A stretch of DNA of 64,000 nucleotides from Candidatus Bathyarchaeia archaeon (GCA_050010755.1 JBEKKK010000001.1:1373237-1437236); one strand, 5' to 3'. Counted from the stretch's first letter, positions 20,335 to 31,090 are shown. A program made the numbers and translations. The notes: generated from the sequence alone by a model not told the origin.

Positions 20335-21927
20335 CTATCTGGCAACGGTCTCACAGGTGCACTTTACCTTGGAAACATCGAGTTTCTTCGCGAAGGCCGC
20401 GTGAAAAGCCTGTGCGTTCTGGGCCACGCTCCACTCTTCTAGGCTGCAGTCTTCATCTCCAAAGAGTGAAAGAAGAATTCTGTCTTTTTCAGCTTCTTTA
20501 AACTCCACTTTCTTCACTAGGCCACGATGGCTTCTGTCAAGTTTCTCTGCAAGCCTGAGGAAAACTGAGAGAATGATGATGATCTCCTTTGTGCGGTCGT
20601 CCAACCCGGTGCCTTTAAGAGCTTTCATTGTGGGAAATTTTTTCCTGTGAAACCGTGCTAGATTTGCCATTATCGCTATCTCTCTTTGGTCGAAGCCAAG
20701 AAGCTCGGCGTTGCCAATAATATAATGGGCGTGAAGGTGATGGTCGTTGAAAGAAAGAAAGTCGCCTATGTCGTGCAACATCGCACCGTATTTCAGAAGT
20801 TCTCTCTCTTCATCTCCAAGATCGTGTAATCCTGCTTTTCTGCCACTGTCAAAGAGTTGTAACGCTAGGGACGCGACAACTTCCGAGTGCCTTTCATCGA
20901 AATCGAAAGACCTCCCGAGTTGTAACACGGTTCTGTTCCGCATTGGAGTTTTCTGAAAGTCCTGAAAACCTTCAAATCTGGATAGGTAATCGACAAGTAG
21001 TCCGTCTCGCAGACCTTTGTAGCTCACAGTGATTTCGTCGAGGTCGAATTCTTCCATGATAGTTTCGATAATGGCGGCTCCAGCTATTATAATGTCAGCT
21101 CTTTCTGGGTTGATACCATGAATCTTTCTTCTCTCTTTGAGCGGTGAGGAGCAAAGAATCGGAACCAGCTTTTTCAAATTCTTTTTTGACAACACTAGAT
21201 TGCGGCCGTTTTCAGCATTCCTGAACATTCTGTTTGTGATTTCAGCTAGGTTGATGATTGTACCCGAGCTTCCGAACGCAAGCTTGGCTTGGACTTGCTT
21301 GACTCGAGATGCGGTTCTCAACATGTTGCCCCTCACGTACCGTTTAATGTGTTCGTAGACATGCCTAGGTACGGATTCAGTCCATCCTTCGCCAATAAAA
21401 TTCGCGGTAAGTCTTACGGATCCAAATTTAAGGCTATCCAGATAACACCATTTATATTGATTTCCTATGGCAATCTCCGTGCTGCCGCCGCCTAGGTCAA
21501 TGAAAATCGCTTTTTCCTCCCCAATGTCCACTCCATTTGACACACCTAGATATATCAAGCGGGCTTCTTCTCTGCCTGAAATAACATGAACGTTGAGTCC
21601 TGCTTCAGTCAGTAGTTGCTGAAGAAATCCTCTCTGATTTCGCGCTTCGCGAATCGCAGATGTTCCGACAGCAATAATCTCAGTAGCACCGTAGGTCTTT
21701 GCAAGTTCAGCGAACTTCCTGCATACGAGGATTGTGCGTCTCATGGCTTCCGGTTTTAGAATGTCGTCCTTAAACTCTTGTTCGCCCAGTCTGACAACTT
21801 CTTTCTCTTGGCTGATCACCGTTGAGGAAAGATTCGGGTTAATCCTCACAACTAGAAGGCGAACCGAGTTGGTTCCTATATCGACAAACCCAACAACTTG
21901 ACCCGTCGTATTCAAGGCTTTTCCCAT
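20335..21927 (-). CDS. ppx: Ppx/GppA exopolyphosphatase with HD domain
   Basis: DIGTNSVRL, EEARLIYLG, DLGGGSTE, LHDIG. Confidence 0.95.
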   Translation of the reverse strand: MGKALNTTGQVVGFVDIGTNSVRLLVVRINPNLSSTVISQEKEVVRLGEQEFKDDILKPEAMRRTILVCRKFAELAKTYGATEIIAVGTSAIREARNQRGFLQQLLTEAGLNVHVISGREEARLIYLGVSNGVDIGEEKAIFIDLGGGSTEIAIGNQYKWCYLDSLKFGSVRLTANFIGEGWTESVPRHVYEHIKRYVRGNMLRTASRVKQVQAKLAFGSSGTIINLAEITNRMFRNAENGRNLVLSKKNLKKLVPILCSSPLKERRKIHGINPERADIIIAGAAIIETIMEEFDLDEITVSYKGLRDGLLVDYLSRFEGFQDFQKTPMRNRTVLQLGRSFDFDERHSEVVASLALQLFDSGRKAGLHDLGDEERELLKYGAMLHDIGDFLSFNDHHLHAHYIIGNAELLGFDQREIAIMANLARFHRKKFPTMKALKGTGLDDRTKEIIIILSVFLRLAEKLDRSHRGLVKKVEFKEAEKDRILLSLFGDEDCSLEEWSVAQNAQAFHAAFAKKLDVSKVKCTCETVAR

Positions 21928-24251
21928 TCCACAATCAGATTTCTTTTGAAGACCGCTTCAAACAAATCCTTCTTCTTATTAAGTGCCTGCTCTTCCAGGG
22001 CTGGGTCCAACCGCACTAGGCATGATAATTTGACTCTCTTTGGGCCTACGCTGGCTTTCATTCTCTCGACGACAGACTGATGCGTGAAGTCTAGAGCATC
22101 AGCTACTCGCAGAATGGAAGAAAGCAAAGTAATTCTTCGCTTTGTGGCTGCGGTTAACGAGGCAAGGTTATACTGGTTTTCCTTGGGCTGGCCCTTCCGG
22201 TGATACCTTGCGATGCTTCCAACTACGCGTCTTTCCAAAGACGTAAACGACAACTTAGCGTCATTCAATATCAGTCTGAGCGAGGCCTTATGGTGCCCTC
22301 GCGTGCCTTGGGACAGACCGACATCGTGAAGGATTGCGGCGCATTCGAGCCACCACTGCTCTTGTGCTTTCATCTTGTGCAATTGACCTAGACTACCAAA
22401 TAGTGTCAAAGCCAATTTTCTGACCTGCTCCGGATGATCAGTGTCCCGCCAGTACTTCTTGGCGATCTCTCTGGTGATTTTCACGATTTCCCCGCATTGG
22501 AGTTCACTGCGATGGCTTTTCGCCCGGTCTTCCCGCACAACGGCATCAATCGATACCCCGCGAAGCAACATTTGTGCAAAGCTTTCGGGCAGTCTTTTTT
22601 TCCTGAGAGTCTCTGCTGCGGACTCTACGTCATAGTTTAGTCTGACAAGCTGCACAGAAAAAGGGTTAGAGTTGACCACTGCATACGCCGTCTGGGGGTT
22701 CCCATCGTCTGGTCTTCCAACGCTTCCAGGATTGATGAATGAGACGCAGTCGACTTCCCTTGCAAACTGCAGGTGCGAATGACCCATGATGACCACATCG
22801 GCGTTCACGGTTCTGGCGAGCTCTTTCAGTCGCTTTTCAGGGGTATCGGGGTAGATGTGCTCGTCGATAGAATCAGGGCTTCCATGGACCATAAGCAGCC
22901 TTTTACCGGCCATTTCAAACGTGATGCTGCGGGGCAGGGAGCGAAGGTAGGTTTCGCATGATTTCGCGAGCTCTTTTTTGGCAACCCGCAAAGCAAGCTT
23001 CTTTTCGCCTTTCTTCTTGTCGTCCTTCTTCATCACCTCAGAGTCGAAATTGCCAAGAACGCTGACAGCATTCTTGGCACGAAGGAGCTCAACGACTTCG
23101 TTGGGGAACGCACCGTAACCGAGGACATCGCCAGCGTTCAGGAATGCGTCTACACCTCTTCTTTCGGCATCTTGAATGACCGCTTCCAGCGCGTGAAGGT
23201 TGCCGTGAACGTCGGCTAAAACTGCAATCTTCGCACTAGGGCTTGCCAGAGTCTCCCTAATCTTTTTTGCAGCAGTCACGAATCCAGGGTTCATTTCTTG
23301 CATCAGTTTTTCAAAGAAATTCTTTTCTTTCGTCGCTTCCCAAAGCCGAACAAAACTTCTATAGTGGGTTTTTCTTCTGTCTCTTATGTGTTCCACAAAC
23401 TTCGAGAGCGCTTGCTCTGCCTTGTTGATGTCCTCTCTGTCTTCGCCTTTTGACAGGAGTTCGTTCTTCACTTCGGCAATAAATCTTGGAATGTACTCAA
23501 TCCAGACGTCGCAGTCGTGCATTTCGCCTAGCGTGTCTTGGAATTTCTTGATGATGCCTATCTGTTCTGAAAGCTCATCCTTATACAAGGGAGAGAAGAC
23601 TTCCATAGTGTAACGTAGCCACTTCGCGCAAATCCTCATCTCATGATGCCTGAGGATGTCGTTTTCTCGATAAACGCAGTCTTCCATTGCTAGGAAGTCG
23701 TCTACTTTTGCCGAAACGTGCAAGTATGCTTTTTCCTGTACAGAAGACGAATCCAAATGTGCGGTCGAAGTTTCTTTGAGTACCTGATCGCAGAGTTCTG
23801 TGATGCTCTGTAGAACGCCTGAATCCTTTAGCTTTTGAAGTCCACTGATGACTTTCGCTTGCGCGTCGAGTCTGCGGTCTCTTTGGCGAGTGAGCAAGAG
23901 ATCTAGCCCTTTGCTTGCGTTGCCGACTCCGATTTTCTTTGAATAATTCTCGATGAAGATAATCTGCACGTCGAGATCCCGTGCTGCTCCCAAGAACCTC
24001 GTCACTTTCTTTATTTCTTTAATCCATTCTCTGTAACGTTTCTTTCGAAAGCATTTTCGGAAAAGAGGGAGCGCAGCTCTTATTCTGCGTGACGTGACTC
24101 GCATCTTATGTACGTACTCTTTGTCCTCACTGTTTTGTACTCCGTCAATCTGACTTTGGAAAGTCCCAATGAGTTTGAGGAGGGTCTCTGCTCCAAATCG
24201 GCAATAGCCGGAGCCTTTCTCACAATCGTATGGCTCAACGCGCGTATCCAT
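21912..24251 (-). CDS. CHAD + calcineurin-like metallophosphoesterase + HD fusion protein
   Basis: VHKMRVTSRRIR and LGEMHDCD (CHAD); ADVHGN, GD, GNFD, HGSP, GHSH, NPGSVG (phosphoesterase); LHDVG..RVADALD (HD). Confidence 0.88.
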   Translation of the reverse strand: MDTRVEPYDCEKGSGYCRFGAETLLKLIGTFQSQIDGVQNSEDKEYVHKMRVTSRRIRAALPLFRKCFRKKRYREWIKEIKKVTRFLGAARDLDVQIIFIENYSKKIGVGNASKGLDLLLTRQRDRRLDAQAKVISGLQKLKDSGVLQSITELCDQVLKETSTAHLDSSSVQEKAYLHVSAKVDDFLAMEDCVYRENDILRHHEMRICAKWLRYTMEVFSPLYKDELSEQIGIIKKFQDTLGEMHDCDVWIEYIPRFIAEVKNELLSKGEDREDINKAEQALSKFVEHIRDRRKTHYRSFVRLWEATKEKNFFEKLMQEMNPGFVTAAKKIRETLASPSAKIAVLADVHGNLHALEAVIQDAERRGVDAFLNAGDVLGYGAFPNEVVELLRAKNAVSVLGNFDSEVMKKDDKKKGEKKLALRVAKKELAKSCETYLRSLPRSITFEMAGKRLLMVHGSPDSIDEHIYPDTPEKRLKELARTVNADVVIMGHSHLQFAREVDCVSFINPGSVGRPDDGNPQTAYAVVNSNPFSVQLVRLNYDVESAAETLRKKRLPESFAQMLLRGVSIDAVVREDRAKSHRSELQCGEIVKITREIAKKYWRDTDHPEQVRKLALTLFGSLGQLHKMKAQEQWWLECAAILHDVGLSQGTRGHHKASLRLILNDAKLSFTSLERRVVGSIARYHRKGQPKENQYNLASLTAATKRRITLLSSILRVADALDFTHQSVVERMKASVGPKRVKLSCLVRLDPALEEQALNKKKDLFEAVFKRNLIVEWEKP

Positions 24252-26379
24252 GCCATATGCCTCTGTTCTCGATAAGCCAAGATTGAGAGTTGATTCTTCT
24301 CTCACCTTCCTCAGGTTTTACTCTAACGTATGTTCCGTCAGACAGGAGTTTTCTGGCTTTCACGTTGTCGCTGAGGTGAATTTTCAGGATGTTTTCCAGA
24401 ATTGCATGCTTTATCAGCGGATCAGGAACTGAGAAGAGCACCTCCACTCTTTCGTTAAGGTTTCTGAACATCATGTCCGAACTTCCGATTAGAACCTCAT
24501 CTGCTCCTCCGTTTTTGAAATAGTAGATCCGGGCATGCTCTAGAAAACGTCCGACTATGGATATTACGGAAATATTATCGCTTATTCCTTCCACACCCGG
24601 CCTCAGACAGCATAGGGCTCTAACGTTGAGGTCAATCTTCACACCTGCCATCGATGCTTTGTACAAGGCTTTGATTACGTCAGTTTCTTCTAGGTTGTTG
24701 AGTTTGAATGCCAAGTAGCCGCCCCCTGATTTCCGCTGAGAGGCTATTTCTCGGTCGATGCGTCTTAGGATCTCAGTTTTCAAAGTCCTCGGCGCCACGA
24801 GCAAGTACTTGAAGTCTTCTTTCTGGAATCCACGCATCAAGACACCGAAAAGGTCCGAAAGCTCCGCGCCTATCTCGGGTCTGGCCGTCAAATAACCAAT
24901 GTCGCCGTATATCTTGGTTGTTACCGCGTTGTAGTTTCCTGAACCGATGTGCGAGTATCTTTTGATGCCTGTTTTTTCTCGTCTCACGATGAGACAAAGT
25001 TTCGCGTGAACCTTGAAGTTCGGGAAGTTGTAAACTGTGTGCACGCCAGCAGCTGCCAGTCTCCAAGTAAGCCCTATGTTGTTCTCCTCATCGAACTTGG
25101 CCTTAAGCTCGATGATGGCTGTCACTATTTTTCCTTTTTTTGCCGCCTCTATCAGAGCATCAACAATCGGCGATTTTGAATCCATTCTGTAGAGTGTGAT
25201 GTATATTTCCAAAACGTTTTGGTCTTTGGCGGCTTCCCTCAGCAGGTTGATTATGACTTCAAAACTGTCATAGGGGTGATAGAGAATGATGTCTCTCTTC
25301 GCGATGGTTTCAAAGAGGCTTGTGCCATGCGTCAGCAAGGGTGAAATGCTGGGGAGGAATGTTTTGTCTTTTAGGTCGGGTCTTTTTGTTTCTAACAGTT
25401 GCCAAAGGTCCACAAGTCCGAGCGGGCCGTCAGACTCATAAAGCAGATAGCTTGGTAACGCGGCAATGTTGGCCAAGGTTTCACTCAGCTCCTCGGGCAA
25501 ACTCTTATCGAATTCAAGCCTGCTGGCGAATCCTGTTTTCCTGTTTTGCAGACTATTCTTCACTGAAACTAGGAAATCTGAAGATTCATCCATGACGATG
25601 TCTATTTCGGCGTTGCGCGTTATCCTGAATGGGTACGACACGATTTCTAGGTTCGAAAACATCAGGTCAATGTTGTTTTCTATCAAGTCTTCTAAGAAAA
25701 CAAGCTCGACCTCGTGTGATTCAGTTTCGTTGAAAGATGTAGCCTTGTACCCATGTTTTGGGATTTTTATCAGTCTTCTAAATTGTTCCGTCGGGATTTC
25801 CAGTACGTGATAAGAGCGATGAGCGGTCGCGTCTTTTGCAACAACGAGGAGGTTGATGCGGAGATTTTCAATAAAAGTTTGAGCTATGTCGGGGACGAGC
25901 GTTTTCAAGGTTGGAAGAACCCTGTCTTTGAAGAACTCCCGCAGCGTGTGCTTCTGTTCATTCGTTAACTCCTCAACTTTTCGAATGTGAATATCCTCTT
26001 TAGATAGGGCAGGAACCAATTCCTGCTTCCAACAATCAGCATGTTTTTTGATTAGTGGAATTATCTCTCTTCTGGTGACTTCAATTTGATCGTACGGTGT
26101 CATCCCGTCTGTGGATTTTTCAACCGAGCCTTTGTTGACCTTTTTGAGGAGCCTAGGAACCCTTGTCATAAAGAATTCGTCAAGGTTGCTTCCGCATATG
26201 GCGAGAAACTTGACCCTTTCAAGTAGAGGGTGCCAGGGGTCCTGTGCTTCCTCCAGTATGCGCGCGTTGAATCTTATCCAACTGAGTTCTCTATTCAAGA
26301 ACATAGTTGGGCTATCAAATGATGTTTTCTGAGTTGAGTCTTTTGTTGTATTTCCGCCCTTGCCTGAAGCTGTCAACAA
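24235..26379 (-). CDS. ppk1: polyphosphate kinase 1
   Basis: NRELSW, SNLDEFFM, HPYDSF, KVHAK, GRFLEHARIY. Confidence 0.96.
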   Translation of the reverse strand: MLTASGKGGNTTKDSTQKTSFDSPTMFLNRELSWIRFNARILEEAQDPWHPLLERVKFLAICGSNLDEFFMTRVPRLLKKVNKGSVEKSTDGMTPYDQIEVTRREIIPLIKKHADCWKQELVPALSKEDIHIRKVEELTNEQKHTLREFFKDRVLPTLKTLVPDIAQTFIENLRINLLVVAKDATAHRSYHVLEIPTEQFRRLIKIPKHGYKATSFNETESHEVELVFLEDLIENNIDLMFSNLEIVSYPFRITRNAEIDIVMDESSDFLVSVKNSLQNRKTGFASRLEFDKSLPEELSETLANIAALPSYLLYESDGPLGLVDLWQLLETKRPDLKDKTFLPSISPLLTHGTSLFETIAKRDIILYHPYDSFEVIINLLREAAKDQNVLEIYITLYRMDSKSPIVDALIEAAKKGKIVTAIIELKAKFDEENNIGLTWRLAAAGVHTVYNFPNFKVHAKLCLIVRREKTGIKRYSHIGSGNYNAVTTKIYGDIGYLTARPEIGAELSDLFGVLMRGFQKEDFKYLLVAPRTLKTEILRRIDREIASQRKSGGGYLAFKLNNLEETDVIKALYKASMAGVKIDLNVRALCCLRPGVEGISDNISVISIVGRFLEHARIYYFKNGGADEVLIGSSDMMFRNLNERVEVLFSVPDPLIKHAILENILKIHLSDNVKARKLLSDGTYVRVKPEEGERRINSQSWLIENRGIWHGYAR

Positions 26380-26746
26380 TTGTTCTTCATCTTGATGGGA
26401 TTTTCAGCCATTCGGCAGATAAACTGTTTGTCCTTTGGGAGTTCCATAACAAGCATTTATCGTTAATCCTATAGACTGAAAAGAACGTATAACCGTTATG
26501 AGGCTTTTTGTTCAGCGTTGTTGCTTCCTTTGGATATCTATCATTGGTTTTGTTACGTGAACACGAAATACCTCGTATTCGAAGAGGGGTCGCTTCTTGT
26601 TCATCGCAGACTTCCATCTCACTATAGAGGACGAGAACATGCTTAAGGGCTCCCGAAGTAGAAGCTATAGTCGCACGTAAGCTATATAGATACAGCGTTG
26701 AGACAGCATAGCAAGGGTTTTATTTGACGGAAAGAATGAATTACCT

Positions 26747-27193
26747 ATGAATTCTACAACTATGAAGGAAATGGGCTTCACTGAGTGGTACCCGTTGAAG
26801 AGTCTCTCGTTCTCTAACCTACCGTACAACAAGGGCAGCGTTTTTGTGATAATAGACAAGACTCTGTCTGGAAAAACAGTCTCTGACGTAATGTACATCG
26901 GACGTTCGAAGAAACCGACAAGAAAAATCTTGGGTGGCTACTTTTCAGGCTATGGAGGAAAAAGCAGCAAAAAGATTAACAGCAAATTGTTCGATGAAGG
27001 ATACATGGATAAAACCGCAATTAGCTGGGTCATAAGCGATAATCCCAAGACGATGCAGAAAGAATTGTTGAGCAAATTCAGCGAAGAACATGGCGAATTT
27101 CCAAACTGGAATGTCAAGAACAAACCGCAAGAAAAAACCACACGCGTGCGCGCCAAACCAGCAGCTCGCCAACCTCACAAAACCCCCTCTTAA
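26747..27193 (+). CDS. basic protein with degenerate GIY-YIG-like fold
   Basis: GSVFVI..MYIGRS..HGEFPNWN; Lys/Arg-rich tail. Confidence 0.55.
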   Translation: MNSTTMKEMGFTEWYPLKSLSFSNLPYNKGSVFVIIDKTLSGKTVSDVMYIGRSKKPTRKILGGYFSGYGGKSSKKINSKLFDEGYMDKTAISWVISDNPKTMQKELLSKFSEEHGEFPNWNVKNKPQEKTTRVRAKPAARQPHKTPS

Positions 27194-27221
27194 CAACAGA
27201 CAAAAAACTCGGTTCGACTAC

Positions 27222-27755
27222 TCATTTCGACGTTTTTCTAGAATAATAGCTGACTAACTCTTCTGTGGACCAAGGCAAGCAATCCTTAATGCTGAAGCCT
27301 AACAGCTTGGCATACTTGTGAATAGTATCTGCGTCTTCAGCTTCTATTTCTAGGAACTCAGGAATGTAAGCATGCTCCCCCTTGTACTTGTCTATGTCAA
27401 AGTGCACTTGGCCGAGACTATAACTCAATCTGTCCTTCTTCGTGCTTGAAGTCGTGGACAAGCCCAGAAACTCTAGAATCTTTTTCGCCTTTGCCATGTC
27501 CGAAACAACGACTCCGATCTCCTCAACGTCTTTGACAGCTTTATTGCTCAGGAATTTCTTGAATGTTAGAATGGTCTTGTTATCCTCTCTTCTTAATCTA
27601 ACAACGTTCTTCGCTTTTGACATCGCACTGTCCTCGAAGTCGAAAAACAACGATTCAATCTCACCATCAAACACTTTCTTAGCGCCCAGACGAATCAGCT
27701 TTTCTTCGACCTGACGTCCATCAACGTTCAAAATTTTGACTTCTATCTCTTCCAT
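27222..27755 (-). CDS. CYTH / class IV adenylate cyclase family triphosphate-tunnel enzyme
   Basis: EIEVK, VRLRRE, LTFK, FLEIE. Confidence 0.9.
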   Translation of the reverse strand: MEEIEVKILNVDGRQVEEKLIRLGAKKVFDGEIESLFFDFEDSAMSKAKNVVRLRREDNKTILTFKKFLSNKAVKDVEEIGVVVSDMAKAKKILEFLGLSTTSSTKKDRLSYSLGQVHFDIDKYKGEHAYIPEFLEIEAEDADTIHKYAKLLGFSIKDCLPWSTEELVSYYSRKTSK

Positions 27756-28280
27756 AGACTCGAAAGAAAACAGTCTTTGACTTAAATGAATTATGTTGGA
27801 ATTGGAAATAAATAGAGCTAAAAAGACTTTTTATCCATCGCTAACATCTGAGGTCCCGCAACGTCCTAATTTGGTCAAAAGGCATTTTCTCAAGCATCAG
27901 ATTCCGACGGCCAGAAAATTTTCTCTATATAGATTAGATGCTTGTTCGTAAATTATTTGGAGATCCTACATATGTTCGATTTCCATAGTTCTGTGTAGTG
28001 GTTTGAAAATGAAAAACAAATCCAAGAAGAAAAGGCAAGCAACGACACCTGAAGAGCCGTGGTATATCATCCACATTTAACCGAGTTTCAACAGTCCTCA
28101 ATGCTTGGAGAAATTTGCAATGGGAAAAACAAAAAGAAAAGACAAGCCACCGAATCGAAGTCTAGATCGTGGCCCCGATAATGAGACAATAGATTGGTTC
28201 TTGGCTATCGATGCAGCTTAGAACAACATTCTTCCGGCATTTTCTCGTTCTTCATTTTTCACCGACTAAACTCTAGCCCG

Positions 28281-28982
28281 CTATATTATATTGGTTTTGC
28301 AGATTATTTCGATTATTTCTTGGAAATCTGTGATGATTCTGCAATGTATGCCTTGTTTTGCACACAACTTTGCTAGCTTAGATCCTTCGATTGCGAACGA
28401 GTAGTCGGCAACCTTGGCCGCAGTGCAGTCTGCTAACCCATCCCCAATGTAGATGACGGTCTTGTTGCGGCTCTTGTAGCGTCTGACTGCGTCGTCTTTG
28501 ATGTTTTCCGATGCCGTGTCTAGGAGCGTTGGAAAAACGAGTTTAATCCCGTTGTCTGTGAACGTAGTCTTCGCAGCGCAGACTTCGACCAGGTCTAGGC
28601 AATCGTTGAGTTCGAGGAAGTGTTCAATGACGAAATCGAGTCCTGCGCTCACCACGATTAGAGGAACATGGTTTTTCTTGCAATACTCGGCTAACTCTTT
28701 GAAGTTCGAACGAAACACGACGAGGTCATTCAGCTCTTGAAGAATCTGTTTCTTCGATGCGCTCACGAGGGAAAACTGTCTGTTCAAGCATTCTTCAAGC
28801 GTTATTTCGTTCTTCTTGAACTTTTTGTCGAACTGTCGCCAGTTTCCTTGAGCAAACTTGGACAGAACCCATTCTGCCGTATCGATTGTAGTGATTGTTC
28901 CATCGAAGTCGCAGAGTACGACAAGGTTTTTGGGTTTGGCCAAATTCTTTTGCCTGAGCAGAGGATGGTTCGAGTCAAGCAT
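28281..28982 (-). CDS. HAD-IB phosphatase, MtnX-like
   Basis: CDFDGTIT, VSAG, K, GDGLAD. Confidence 0.88.
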   Translation of the reverse strand: MLDSNHPLLRQKNLAKPKNLVVLCDFDGTITTIDTAEWVLSKFAQGNWRQFDKKFKKNEITLEECLNRQFSLVSASKKQILQELNDLVVFRSNFKELAEYCKKNHVPLIVVSAGLDFVIEHFLELNDCLDLVEVCAAKTTFTDNGIKLVFPTLLDTASENIKDDAVRRYKSRNKTVIYIGDGLADCTAAKVADYSFAIEGSKLAKLCAKQGIHCRIITDFQEIIEIICKTNII

Positions 28983-29145
28983 ACTTTTTCGTTTCGGGTT
29001 ATGAGCTTTGCGCCTAAGATAATCCGATTCTGGGAACCATTCAAGAGACCGCTTCTGCCGACCAGTTCACGTTTTGCCCGAATCTGCAAACAGGATTGTT
29101 TTTATGCTGGGTTTCAGAGTCACAGAAAGTGTGTGCTGATTTGAA

Positions 29146-29690
29146 TTGGTTCTTTCAATTGAAGAGCTCTCCACCAACCTAAAATCGGTGTCCGACGAAC
29201 AAGACGCGAATGCGGCGGTGGCGTTGCTTCTGAAGCTTGAAGATAGAAGACCATACGTTCTGTTCGTGAGACGCATCCAAGATTCCAGCGATCCATGGTC
29301 TGGGCAGATAGCGTTGCCTGGAGGAAAACGAGAGCTAGAAGATAAAGACCTGAAAGAAACGGTGATCAGAGAAACAATGGAAGAGACGAAGATAGACCTT
29401 CTTGACAATTGCCGGTTCCTAAGAGTGATGTCAACATTTCAAACGAAACCGCGACCTGAAATCAAGGTTCTCCCTTTCGTCATTCTCGTCAGAGGCAAAC
29501 CATCGATAAGATTGAACGAAAAAGAACTTAAAGAGTATTTTTGGGTTCCTCTTGACGAGCTTATCAAAAACAGGATAGTGGCAAAATTCAGTTTCGGAAA
29601 AGTTCCTGCCTTCGTCGTGGGAAACAGGATAATTTGGGACTCACATACAGAATCATTGAATGTTTCGTAATTTATCGGAACGGAAAGTAA
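29146..29690 (+). CDS. Nudix CoA pyrophosphatase with a frameshifted C-terminus
   Basis: WSGQIALPGG..RETMEE; the family motif WGLT..I continues in another frame to TAA at 29690. Confidence 0.8.
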
Positions 29691-30002
29691 CTCTGCAACG
29701 ACAATTAATGCGGAATGTGCACTTGCAACATTTGGGCCTTAATATGCTGCTCCAAGAGGGAATTCCTCCCGATTCCTTGCGAATATCTTTTCCTCAGTTG
29801 CTCTGAAGTCAGCCGATTTTCAGGCGTCTTTAATATCGACGAGCCCGCGCAGGACGTTTTGGAACGAAGGTGAACTATCATCTTCGTCTCTCTGTTGCAC
29901 TATGGAAGCTTAGTATCCAATTTTGAACAAGATCGGGTTCAATTTTGGAAAACAGTTAATAATCCAGAGGTTCTCTCACTTGAGGCTATAGACATTAGAG
30001 GA

Positions 30003-30737
30003 ATGGCATTGCAGTTCCAGGGCATTTTCACTTGGATGTATAATCTCTGCGTGCAGTACGGCTATTTGGGAATATTCGCCATCAGCTTAGCCGGTGCCAT
30101 GTCCATCATTGTCCCAGTTCCAGATACGATTATGATTTTCACTCTTGCCGGGCTTCAGACGGGAGGCAACTGGGTTTTCGCGCCTCTATTTATCGCATTA
30201 GCCGCTACACTCGGCGGAGCGATAGGAGAAGTTTCCGGATATTTGCTTGGTCTTAGCAGCAAGAAAGTCATAAGCGGAAAGTACAAGAAGAACGTAGATT
30301 TCCTCTCCAAGGTTTTCAACAAGTTTGGTGCAATTGCAATATTTGCCTTTGCCCTGACACCATTGCCCGATGACATGGTTTTCATCCCCCTCGGCTCCTC
30401 TCGATACAATCCAGTCAAAGCCTTCGCACCAGCCCTAACTGGGAAATTACTCTTGAGCCTAGCAGTAGCTTACGGGGGTAGATTTTCAATAGGCATTATC
30501 AGGAACTTATTTGGAGTGGGAGGCGACCTGACATCGATGGCAATAAGCACAAGTATAGGGATAGCCTTTGCAATTGCATTGTTTAAAGTGGATTGGGCAA
30601 AACGCTTCGATAAGTACCTGTTTAACGAAAGTTCTGACAGATGTTCGCAAACGGGAGCGACTTTGGGCGGTGAAAACGCGAAGACCTTTCCATTCTCCAG
30701 TTGGATCAACTTTCCAAACCCCAACAATCTGGTCTAG
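30003..30737 (+). CDS. DedA/VTT-domain membrane protein
   Basis: GYLGIF..GGAIGEVSGYLLG..FALTPLPDD. Confidence 0.85.
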   Translation: MALQFQGIFTWMYNLCVQYGYLGIFAISLAGAMSIIVPVPDTIMIFTLAGLQTGGNWVFAPLFIALAATLGGAIGEVSGYLLGLSSKKVISGKYKKNVDFLSKVFNKFGAIAIFAFALTPLPDDMVFIPLGSSRYNPVKAFAPALTGKLLLSLAVAYGGRFSIGIIRNLFGVGGDLTSMAISTSIGIAFAIALFKVDWAKRFDKYLFNESSDRCSQTGATLGGENAKTFPFSSWINFPNPNNLV

Positions 30738-31090
30738 ATCAAAACAAAAGAATCCTTATCGCGTTTGATGGGACCTTATCAGGCTGGAATCGCAACAGCT
30801 TCAGAAGAAACTTTATTCCAGGATACGGACGCAGTGTTTTTCCAAAACAGCATCTCTGACATCCTCGCAAAAAGTGCAAGAATGAATAAGTCTTCGAATT
30901 AACGCTTCCAGTTTCTTCAAGTCCGCAACCCTTTGAACGAATGAAAGTCGAAAACACGAGGTCGCCTCGCTGACGATTTTGGCAACATGAAAATGCGACA
31001 GTGTTCATAGTCGAATCGACTTTGGCTTACATCAAAAATCATAAATACAGGCCGATGCGAGCTAAGGTTTCGTTCAAGGTGCTTTCGTAC

